The translations under genes and the position numbers were made by a program. DNA of 32,000 nucleotides from Breznakia sp. PF5-3 (GTDB lineage Bacteria; Bacillota_I; Bacilli_A; Erysipelotrichales; Erysipelotrichaceae). This document shows positions 25,036 to 32,000 of this stretch, piece after piece; the stretch's first letter is position 1, and every line of letters begins with the position of its first letter. Below the pieces are notes generated by a model. It saw only the letters and a list, made by a program, of their open reading frames with translations. It was not told the DNA's origin and did no database searches. The stretch spans positions 57,219-89,218 of the forward strand of contig NZ_JAQFIQ010000004.1 in the NCBI RefSeq assembly GCF_029504745.1, in the 5' to 3' direction.

Positions 25036-25866
25036 ATGAAAAAGCAATTAGAAAATAGTATTATCAAAACCTATCGAAAAGATATTTGGTCAAAATTTAT
25101 GAAGGCTTTACGAGAGTATGCATTAATTCAAAGCGATGATGTCATAGCCGTTTGTATCTCAGGAGGAAAAGATAGCATGTTGATGGCAAAATGTTTTGCT
25201 ATTCTCTCACGCTTTACAGAGGTTCCATTCACAGTAAAATATATTGTAATGGATCCAGGGTATAAGCAAGAAAATCTAGAGAAGATTAAAAGCAATGCCA
25301 AAAAGTTAGAAATTCCGATTGAAATATTTTCAACTCAAATTTTTGAAACAGTAGAAAAAATTGATAAAAACCCATGCTATTTATGTGCACGGATGCGTAG
25401 AGGGTATCTCTATAATTATGCACAAAAGCTCGGTTGTAATAAAATTGCACTTGGTCATCATTATGATGATGTAATCGAAACAAACTTGATGAATATTTTC
25501 TATGCTGGTGAAATTCGTACCATGATGCCAAAGCTTCATTCACAAAATTTTAAAGGTATGGAATTGATTCGTCCTTTATATTTAGTGAAGGAAGATGCTA
25601 TTATTCGTTGGAAAGAGTGGAATGATTTAGATTTCTTAGAATGTGCATGTCGGTTTACGGAAGAAAATGATAGTAATTTAAAAGAACAGACGAGTAAACG
25701 AAAAGAAATAAAAGACTTAATCAAAAAATATAAGGAAATAAACCCTTATTTAGATAGTAATATTTTTCATTCTATGGCGAATGTAAATATTAGTAAAGTT
25801 CTTTCTTATTATGATGAGGAAAAAGAAGTAAACTTTCTAGATACATATGATTCTAAAGAAAGTTAA
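25036..25866 (+). CDS. PP-loop ATPase, TtcA-like tRNA thiolation enzyme
   Basis: 276 aa. PP-loop SGGKDS, a CxxC context (PCYLCARMRRG), GHHYDD, and later Cys residues (ECACRF). Confidence 0.75.
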   Translation: MKKQLENSIIKTYRKDIWSKFMKALREYALIQSDDVIAVCISGGKDSMLMAKCFAILSRFTEVPFTVKYIVMDPGYKQENLEKIKSNAKKLEIPIEIFSTQIFETVEKIDKNPCYLCARMRRGYLYNYAQKLGCNKIALGHHYDDVIETNLMNIFYAGEIRTMMPKLHSQNFKGMELIRPLYLVKEDAIIRWKEWNDLDFLECACRFTEENDSNLKEQTSKRKEIKDLIKKYKEINPYLDSNIFHSMANVNISKVLSYYDEEKEVNFLDTYDSKES

Positions 25867-25925
25867 TTAAGTTGTTTTTTAATTATTTATATATTAAAAT
25901 AAAGAGGTGACTGGGGGGTTCAAAA

Positions 25926-26645
25926 ATGAACGTTATAGTATGTAAAGATAAAAAAGAAGTAGCTGAAAAAGCGTATGAAGTGATGAAAGAAGTGGTTGTA
26001 AATAAACCAACTGCGGTATTGGGATTGGCAACAGGCTCTAGTCCAATTGGATTATATGGGGAAATGATTGCTGATTATAAAGCAGGGAATGTTAGCTATA
26101 AGGATGTTACAACATTTAATTTGGATGAATATGTAGGAATTGCAAAAGATCATCCAGAAAGTTATTCAACATTCATGCACAAAGAATTGTTTGACCATAT
26201 TGATGTGAAAGAAGCGAATGTACATTTGCCTTATGGAAACACACAAGCAGATTGTGATGCTTATGAAAAGGCGATGAGTGATGTTCGTGTAGATATTCAA
26301 GTATTGGGAATTGGAAGAAATGGGCATATTGGGTTCAATGAACCAGGAACTTCTTTTGATTCACTTACACACATTGTGAGTTTAGATCAAAAAACAATTG
26401 AAGATAATGCTAGATTCTTCGATAATGATGTAACCAAAGTCCCAAAGCAAGCAATTTCAATGGGAATTGCGACAATTATGAAAGCAAAGAAAATCTTGTT
26501 AATTGCAACAGGAGAAAATAAAGCTGATGCGGTTGAAGCTATGGTAAATGGGCCAATCGATGAATCCATGCCTGCATCAATCTTACAAAACCATGATAAC
26601 GTTGTAGTTTTTGTAGATGAAGCAGCAGCAAGTAAGTTGAAATAA
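25926..26645 (+). CDS. nagB: glucosamine-6-phosphate deaminase
   Basis: 239 aa. GLATGSSP, FNLDEYVG, GIGRNGHIGFNEPG. Confidence 0.95.
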   Translation: MNVIVCKDKKEVAEKAYEVMKEVVVNKPTAVLGLATGSSPIGLYGEMIADYKAGNVSYKDVTTFNLDEYVGIAKDHPESYSTFMHKELFDHIDVKEANVHLPYGNTQADCDAYEKAMSDVRVDIQVLGIGRNGHIGFNEPGTSFDSLTHIVSLDQKTIEDNARFFDNDVTKVPKQAISMGIATIMKAKKILLIATGENKADAVEAMVNGPIDESMPASILQNHDNVVVFVDEAAASKLK

Positions 26646-26667
26646 AGAGTCTTGGACTCTTTTTTTA
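26645..26667 (+). terminator. Rho-independent terminator of nagB
   Basis: AAGAGTC (26645-26651) / GACTCTT (26655-26661), followed by a T-run. Confidence 0.8.
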
Positions 26668-26731
26668 GTGGTTGCAAAAAAATGGAACTATGCTAAGGTT
26701 AGTGATATAATTTTAAGTAACAGGAGGATGT

Positions 26732-27562
26732 ATGATCAAAGCAATATGTATGGATTTGGATGGAACTTTATTGACAAGTGAAAAAACAATTAGTTCAAAA
26801 ACGCAACAGGGATTGAAATCCTATGCGAAGCAAGGAGTGCAATTAATTCTAGCTAGTGGACGTACGAGAAAGCGTATGCAAGATTATGCCGATATAATTG
26901 ACCTTGAAGTTAGTGATGGAAAAATAATTGAATCAAATGGAGTTGCTATATATGATTATGAAAAGGATTCTTATGAAGTAATCAGAAGGATGAAATTTGG
27001 TGAGGTAAAAGAAATTGTTGATTTTTTAAAAACCCAAAAGGTTGAAATCTTGATTATGGGTGAAGAAAATGTGTTTATTATATTAGCTCCAGGCGAAAAA
27101 GAGAGTAGCTATATCCGCAGCAGTAGCAATATGGAAGGATTAAAAAATAGAAAATTCTTTTATATTAAGGATATAGATGAAATTAATGAAGCAGTTAATA
27201 AAGTTTGTGTTTTTGAAAATGAAAAGCTTGTTAATGAACTATATGAAAAGTTATCAAAAGATACATTTAAACATGCATATTGGTGTGGTAGAACATTACC
27301 TGTGTGGTTAGAAATTGGTCCAGCATCAGTTAGTAAAGGAAATGCTTTAGTTAAGATCATGGAACGTTATCAATGGAAGGATGATGAAGTCATCGTATTT
27401 GGTGATGGAGAAAATGATTTATCGATGTTAGGAACTGTAAAAAACAGTGTTGCTATGGGAAATGCAATGGAAAGTGTAAAAGCTGCATGTGCATTTGAAT
27501 GTGGCACAAATGATGAAGATGGAATTATAAATTTCTTAAAGGAGAAGGAGGAAATATTATGA
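26732..27562 (+). CDS. Cof-type HAD-IIB family hydrolase (sugar-phosphate phosphatase-like)
   Basis: 276 aa. Motif I MDLDGTLL, motif IV GDGENDLSM, and a cap domain in between. Confidence 0.88.
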   Translation: MIKAICMDLDGTLLTSEKTISSKTQQGLKSYAKQGVQLILASGRTRKRMQDYADIIDLEVSDGKIIESNGVAIYDYEKDSYEVIRRMKFGEVKEIVDFLKTQKVEILIMGEENVFIILAPGEKESSYIRSSSNMEGLKNRKFFYIKDIDEINEAVNKVCVFENEKLVNELYEKLSKDTFKHAYWCGRTLPVWLEIGPASVSKGNALVKIMERYQWKDDEVIVFGDGENDLSMLGTVKNSVAMGNAMESVKAACAFECGTNDEDGIINFLKEKEEIL

Positions 27563-27864
27563 AAATAGTAAGCGGTAGTGAATTTGAAAATGTAATTAAA
27601 GAAGGTGTTGTATTAGTAGATTTTTATGCAGATTGGTGTGGGCCATGTAAGATGCAAGCACCAGTGTTAGAAGAAGTAAGCAAGGAAATGGAAAATGTCA
27701 CAATTGTGAAATTAAATGTTGATAATGACCCTGCAATTGCACAAAAATACAATGTCATGTCAATTCCAACATTAGTATTGTTTAAAAATGGTGATGAATT
27801 GGCTACAACGGTAGGTTTTCAAGCAAAGCCACAATTGATTGACTTCATTAAGCAAGGATTGTAA
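27559..27864 (+). CDS. trxA: thioredoxin
   Basis: 101 aa with the WCGPC active site. ATGA overlap with the HAD gene. Confidence 0.93.
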   Translation: MKIVSGSEFENVIKEGVVLVDFYADWCGPCKMQAPVLEEVSKEMENVTIVKLNVDNDPAIAQKYNVMSIPTLVLFKNGDELATTVGFQAKPQLIDFIKQGL

Positions 27865-27865
27865 G

Positions 27866-28714
27866 ATGAAGCGCGCCTTTAAAGCAATAGGGATTATAGT
27901 AATTGTTGTTTTATTGATTGGTGGTTGTAGTTATGGTGTTTATAAATATAAGGTTTCACAAAGTGGAAGCTTAAATGTTTTAATTATTGGAATTGATTCA
28001 CGTGAGGGGTTAGATGGAGCACGTAGTGATTCTTTGATGGTTGCACATATTGATCAAGATCATAAAGAAATAAAGTTAATTTCAATTCCTAGAGATGCCT
28101 ATGTTCATATTCCTTCGGTAGATCGAAATGATAAAATCACACATGCATATGCATATGCAAAAAAAGAGGGAACGATTGAAACCATGGAGTATTTGTTTGA
28201 AACAGATTTTGAGTATTATATTGAAGTGGATTTTGAAAAAATGATAGCACTGGTAGATTCTATTGGTGGTATTGATTTAACTCCAACAGCAACCTTTTGC
28301 GAAATGGATGAGAAGGACAATGCACAAAGCTATTGTTTTGAAGAAGGACAGAGTGTTCATATGAATGGTGCTATGGCACTTTCATATTCACGTCATCGAA
28401 AGAGTGATAGTGACCTTTATCGTGCTGCTCGACAACAAGAAGTTATCAAAGCAATGGTTTCCAAAGTGAAGAGTTCGGGTGTTTTTGACATTTATAATTT
28501 TTATAAAGATGTTAAAGAAATAAGTGATACGAATTTGGATTTATGGGAGTTAATTGGATATGCTGATATGGCATTTAATGATTTTCGTTTAGAACAAGAA
28601 GTTGCAGAAGGTCAAGGTATGATGATGTGGGATGAGTATTATGGACAGGATCTTTACTTTTTCATCCTTGATGAAACTTGGGCGCAAGAAAAAATTGAAT
28701 ATTTTCAAAGATAG
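27866..28714 (+). CDS. LytR-CpsA-Psr (LCP) family cell-wall polymer transferase
   Basis: I prefer the ATG at 27866 (MKRAFKAIG...) to the TTG at 27839. N-terminal TM, then LNVLIIGIDSREG...ARSDSLMVAHID and SIPRD motifs. Confidence 0.88.
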   Translation: MKRAFKAIGIIVIVVLLIGGCSYGVYKYKVSQSGSLNVLIIGIDSREGLDGARSDSLMVAHIDQDHKEIKLISIPRDAYVHIPSVDRNDKITHAYAYAKKEGTIETMEYLFETDFEYYIEVDFEKMIALVDSIGGIDLTPTATFCEMDEKDNAQSYCFEEGQSVHMNGAMALSYSRHRKSDSDLYRAARQQEVIKAMVSKVKSSGVFDIYNFYKDVKEISDTNLDLWELIGYADMAFNDFRLEQEVAEGQGMMMWDEYYGQDLYFFILDETWAQEKIEYFQR

Positions 28715-28738
28715 GTGATTATTACCTATCTTTTTTAT
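28710..28738 (+). terminator. Rho-independent terminator
   Basis: GATAGGT (28710-28716) / ACCTATC (28724-28730), followed by TTTTTTATTTT. It includes the LCP stop codon. Confidence 0.8.
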
Positions 28739-28819
28739 TTTATAAAATCATCGTCTTGATATACTTAATTATAATGAAATTTGTTTATATTGGTGGTAAA
28801 ATAAATACAGGAGGGAATT

Positions 28820-29671
28820 ATGAGACAAAAACACAAGCAATTATTAGGTGTCTTAGTGGTTGTTTTATGTGCATTTCTACTGTTTCATCAGCCAATTGTG
28901 GCAGAGGTTGGAAACTCTGGTGGCTTTGGTGGAGGATCAAGCGGTGGAGGCGGAAGCTGGGGAGGCTCAGGAGGCTTTTTTGTTTTCGGAGGTGGTCCAG
29001 TAGCTATTATTATTTTTATTATTTTTATAGCTATTCGCTTATATGCTTCTTCTAAACAATCAGATAGAGGTACAAGTAGTCGCTCAGCATTTAATACTTC
29101 ATATATAAATGAAGATGCAGTGATTGCTAAAATCAAAGAAAATGATCCAAACTTTTCTGCTGAAAAGTTTAGAGGTTATGTTGGTGAAATTTACATTACA
29201 TTACAAGAAGCATGGGAAGCAAAGGATTGGAAAGCAGTAAGACCGTTTGAAAGCAATGCTTTGTTTAATATGCATAATCGACAATTACAAGAATATATTG
29301 ATAAGAATTGGACAAATCATTTAAATATGCAAGATGTAAGACAAGTTACATTAGCAAGCTATAAAATTGATGGTGATCAAGAAGTATTGAGCGTTCGTGT
29401 GAATGCATGTTGCATTGACTATACAACGGATGATAATACAGGTAAAGTAATTAGTGGGAATGAAAGACAGTTGAATGAACGTTCATATCGCTTTGAATTT
29501 ATTCGTAGCGTAGGTGTTAAGACCGATGTAGAGGTTGGTTTAAATCCAACCAATTGTCCAAATTGTGGGGCACCTACACAGGTTACATCTAGCGGAGAAT
29601 GTGAGTATTGTCATTCTGTAATTACCAATGGAAAGTATGGATGGGTGTTGAATAAGTATGGTGCGTGGTAA
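28820..29671 (+). CDS. signal peptide + Gly-rich exported linker + TM + Tim44-like domain + C4 zinc-ribbon protein (paralog 1)
   Basis: 283 aa with an AGGAGGG RBS. Hydrophobic N-terminus, GGFGGGSSGGGGSWGGSGG tract, TM (VAIIIFIIFIAI). Tim44-like core (FRGYVGEIYITLQEAWEAKDWKAVRPFES...). CPNCGAP...CEYC. Confidence 0.8.
   Translation: MRQKHKQLLGVLVVVLCAFLLFHQPIVAEVGNSGGFGGGSSGGGGSWGGSGGFFVFGGGPVAIIIFIIFIAIRLYASSKQSDRGTSSRSAFNTSYINEDAVIAKIKENDPNFSAEKFRGYVGEIYITLQEAWEAKDWKAVRPFESNALFNMHNRQLQEYIDKNWTNHLNMQDVRQVTLASYKIDGDQEVLSVRVNACCIDYTTDDNTGKVISGNERQLNERSYRFEFIRSVGVKTDVEVGLNPTNCPNCGAPTQVTSSGECEYCHSVITNGKYGWVLNKYGAW
28910..28996 (+). repeat. low-complexity GGN-codon tract (Gly-rich linker of paralog 1)
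   Basis: Encodes GNSGGFGGGSSGGGGSWGGSGGFFVFGGG. It generates spurious overlapping ORFs in other frames and on the other strand. Confidence 0.9.
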
Positions 29672-30575
29672 ACGAATAGTATTTGTTTTGCTAACAACCA
29701 TTTTATTCTTTTGCTCAATGAATGATATCAAAGCAGAAGTAGGAAACTCAGGAGGCTTTGATGGAGGATCTGATAGTGGAGGATCTGGTGGTTCATCAGG
29801 AGGATGGAGTTCTGGTGGTGGGTCTGATTTTAGTTCAGATGGAGGATCAGGATCTAGTAGCCCAATATCCATACTTATTTTTGCAGGGTTTTGGGGTGTT
29901 TCTATGTATGTGCAATATACTCGTAAGAAAAAGAATGACGAACCATACATTGTAAATGAAATAGATAACTCTGCGTTTAATAAGGATTATTACGATGAAG
30001 AAAGTATTGTTGAAGAGATTAGAAAAAGTGATCCTAATTTTGATTTATTAAAATTTAAAGATTATGTTGGCGATTTATATGTAATGTTACAGAAGTCATG
30101 GGAAGCAAAGGATTGGAAGCAAATTCGTTTGTTTGAAAGTGACACTTTGTTTAATATGCATAGAAGACAGTTACAGGAATATATAGACGAGCAAAAAACA
30201 AATTATTTAAAATATCAGACAGTTGATTCAGTGTGTATTACAGAATATCGAAAAGATACTTCATTGGAAATTTTGGTTGTTCGTTTGAATGCTTATTGTG
30301 TAGACTATATAACAAGTGATGTAACTGGAGCTTTATTAGATGGAGATAAGGAGAAGGTTAATGATAGGTCTTATTATTTAGAATTCATAAGATCAATAGG
30401 CGTACAGAGCGATCCAGAGATATCGCCAAAATTGACAAATTGTCCTAATTGTGGAGCTCCACTTCAAGTATCAGAAAGTGGAGAATGTGAATATTGTCGT
30501 TCTGTAATTACTAATGGAAAATATGGATGGGTATTAAATAAATATGGAGCTTGGAGAACAGCAAGGAGGAAATAA
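29658..30575 (+). CDS. signal peptide + Gly/Ser/Asp-rich exported linker + TM + Tim44-like domain + C4 zinc-ribbon protein (paralog 2)
   Basis: 305 aa, overlapping paralog 1 by 14 nt. Same architecture. The C-terminal 39 aa match paralog 1 at 35 positions. Confidence 0.8.
   Translation: MVRGKRIVFVLLTTILFFCSMNDIKAEVGNSGGFDGGSDSGGSGGSSGGWSSGGGSDFSSDGGSGSSSPISILIFAGFWGVSMYVQYTRKKKNDEPYIVNEIDNSAFNKDYYDEESIVEEIRKSDPNFDLLKFKDYVGDLYVMLQKSWEAKDWKQIRLFESDTLFNMHRRQLQEYIDEQKTNYLKYQTVDSVCITEYRKDTSLEILVVRLNAYCVDYITSDVTGALLDGDKEKVNDRSYYLEFIRSIGVQSDPEISPKLTNCPNCGAPLQVSESGECEYCRSVITNGKYGWVLNKYGAWRTARRK
29742..29861 (+). repeat. low-complexity GGN/AGY/GAY-codon tract (Gly/Ser/Asp linker of paralog 2)
   Basis: Encodes GNSGGFDGGSDSGGSGGSSGGWSSGGGSDFSSDGGSGSSS. 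Confidence 0.9.
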
Positions 30576-30578
30576 GAA

Positions 30579-31811
30579 ATGGGTTTAATTAGAGCAGCAG
30601 TGGCTTCTGCTAGAACAACACTAGCAGATCAATGGGTAGAGTATTTCTACTGTGATTCATTAAGCAATGATGAATTATTAAAAAAAGGTGAAAAAACGGT
30701 TAGCAGTGGTAGTAATACGAAAGGAAGTCCTAATATTATTACGGATGGAACTGGAATAGCAGTTAATGAAGGACAAGGAGTTCTTATTGTAGAAGATGGA
30801 AAAGTTGTAGAGTTTACGATGGAACCAGGACGTTTTACTTGGAATAGTTCATCAGAGCCTAGTTTGTTTAGCGGTGGTTTTCAAGGGTTAAAAGATTCTT
30901 TTAAAACATTTGGAAAACGTTTTACAATGGGTGGTACACCAGGGAAAGATCAACGTGTATACTTCATCAATTTAAAAGAGATTTTTGACAATAAATTTGG
31001 TACATCTACACCAATGCCTTACAAAGATCCAACATACCGAGGAATCTATATTCGTTATTTTGGACAGTATACAATTAAAATTGAAGATCCAATTCGTTTC
31101 TATACAAATGTAAGTGGAAATGTTGAACGTGTATATTTAAAAAGTGATTTGATGCAACAAGGGCATGCAGAATTTGTAAATGCATTAGATGTAGCGATTG
31201 CGAAATGTAGTGATGAAAACTATCAATACAATGATTTGCCTAAAAAACAAATAGAAATTGCTAAGTTTATGAACGATGCACTTGACGATGATTGGAAGGA
31301 AAGACGTGGAGTTGTAATTTCTTCGGTAGCAATTGAAAAAGTTACACCAGATGATGAATCAAGAGCACGTATTGAAAAGATTGATGATGCTATTATGATG
31401 TCAGATCAACGTGTTGCAGCAGGACGATTAGCAGAAGCGCAAGCAAATGCAATGGAAAAAGCAGCTGAAAATGATGCAGGTGCAATGCAAGGATTCTTAG
31501 GTATGGGCTTTGCTGCTCAAGCTGGTGGAATGAATACTGGAAATATGTTTGAAGGAACCAACCAACAAGAAAATAGTCCGTTCTTTGAAAACAATCCACA
31601 ACATACAGCATCTGATGCTGAACCGTTCATTGAACCAGCACAAGCACCAAGCAATGAGTGGAAGTGTAAAAAATGTGGACATATGAATAGTGGAAAATTC
31701 TGTAGTGAATGTGGTGATGCGAAACCAGATGATGGAAAATGGACATGTGAATGTGGACATGAGAACACAGGGAAATTCTGTGGAGATTGTGGAAAGAAAA
31801 AACCAGAGTAG
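30579..31811 (+). CDS. SPFH/Band-7-like protein (virion-core-protein-like, COG4260-type) with a C-terminal double zinc ribbon
   Basis: 410 aa. The AGGAGG RBS lies inside the end of paralog 2, with a 3-nt gap. The N-terminus MGLIRAAVASARTTLADQWVEYFYCD is typical of this SPFH subfamily. A Gly/Met/Ala/Gln-rich linker follows, then WKCKKCGHMNSGKFCSECG and WTCECGHENTGKFCGDCG. Confidence 0.75.
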   Translation: MGLIRAAVASARTTLADQWVEYFYCDSLSNDELLKKGEKTVSSGSNTKGSPNIITDGTGIAVNEGQGVLIVEDGKVVEFTMEPGRFTWNSSSEPSLFSGGFQGLKDSFKTFGKRFTMGGTPGKDQRVYFINLKEIFDNKFGTSTPMPYKDPTYRGIYIRYFGQYTIKIEDPIRFYTNVSGNVERVYLKSDLMQQGHAEFVNALDVAIAKCSDENYQYNDLPKKQIEIAKFMNDALDDDWKERRGVVISSVAIEKVTPDDESRARIEKIDDAIMMSDQRVAAGRLAEAQANAMEKAAENDAGAMQGFLGMGFAAQAGGMNTGNMFEGTNQQENSPFFENNPQHTASDAEPFIEPAQAPSNEWKCKKCGHMNSGKFCSECGDAKPDDGKWTCECGHENTGKFCGDCGKKKPE

Positions 31812-31827
31812 TAAAAAGAAGATAAAG

Positions 31828-31873
31828 GATATTATTGTAATCGATTTTGATTGATACAGTAGTATCTTTTTTT
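31828..31873 (+). terminator. Rho-independent terminator of the three-gene module
   Basis: GATATTATTG (31828-31837) pairs with CAGTAGTATC (31857-31866), including two G.U pairs, followed by TTTTTTT. Confidence 0.7.
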
Positions 31874-32000
31874 ATGGATTGGATTTTATAGTGAAAAAAA
31901 CAAAGGCTTGAATGTCAGAAGAAATGCAACAATGAAGGAAAAAGAAGCAAAAGGTGATGGATAAACAAGAAAAATAATAAACTATATTCCTATATTGACA

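Noticed and set aside
28756-29955. ORFs 28756-29055 (+), 28888-29136 (-), 29540-29950 (-) and 29758-29955 (+)
   Set aside because: All are alternative-frame or antisense readings of the GGN/CCN low-complexity tracts of the two Tim44-like genes (poly-W/R or poly-P products). The annotated frames have signal peptides, TMs and conserved domains.
31393-31768. Three minus-strand ORFs antisense to the 3' part of the SPFH gene
   Set aside because: These are shadow ORFs over the Gly/Met/Ala/Gln linker and the Cys-rich ribbon region. There is no RBS and no motifs.
1-32000. Looked for CRISPR arrays, tRNA/rRNA genes, transposase or integrase genes and riboswitch-like leaders
   Set aside because: I saw no regularly spaced repeats, no cloverleaf-like GC-rich segments, no recombinase-like ORFs and no long structured leaders other than the RAT element. 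A covariance-model scan would be needed to exclude small RNAs.

Overview
AT-rich chromosomal segment with Firmicutes-type gene content (Bacilli/Erysipelotrichia-like; I cannot verify the taxon here). Most genes are on the + strand, tightly packed, and end in clear intrinsic terminators. Ordinary content: the tail of an ABC exporter, adhE behind two Rex boxes, a membrane-glycolipid locus, yhaM, a PepSY-flanked two-component system, glycerate kinase, a RumA-type rRNA methyltransferase, murB, a TtcA-like PP-loop ATPase, nagB, a Cof-type HAD hydrolase, trxA and an LCP protein. Four places stand out. (1) 28820-31811 is a stand-alone, translationally coupled three-gene module: two paralogous exported-Gly/Ser-linker + TM + Tim44-like + zinc-ribbon proteins, followed by an SPFH/Band-7 protein with a C-terminal double zinc ribbon. 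This is my best candidate for an uncharacterised system. (2) 20200-25035 is a glucose-family PTS locus with unusual wiring. A degenerate EIIC(B) paralog (no GITE-type motif, no EIIB cysteine), a LicT/BglG antiterminator and an intact EIICB sit behind a consensus promoter with no RAT. The only RAT/terminator lies downstream of the divergent EIIA gene and is followed by about 530 bp with no ORF. (3) 5947-7935 is an in-frame fusion of a GT4 glycosyltransferase to a full-length Firmicute-type RecX. (4) 15974-17255, directly after the rRNA methyltransferase gene, looks like a decayed island: an orphan AbiEi antitoxin gene with paired operator-like inverted repeats, no AbiEii toxin gene, an orphan terminator and 12-bp flanking direct repeats. 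I found no rRNA, tRNA or CRISPR array. All calls rest on reading the ORF translations and the DNA by eye; no searches were run.
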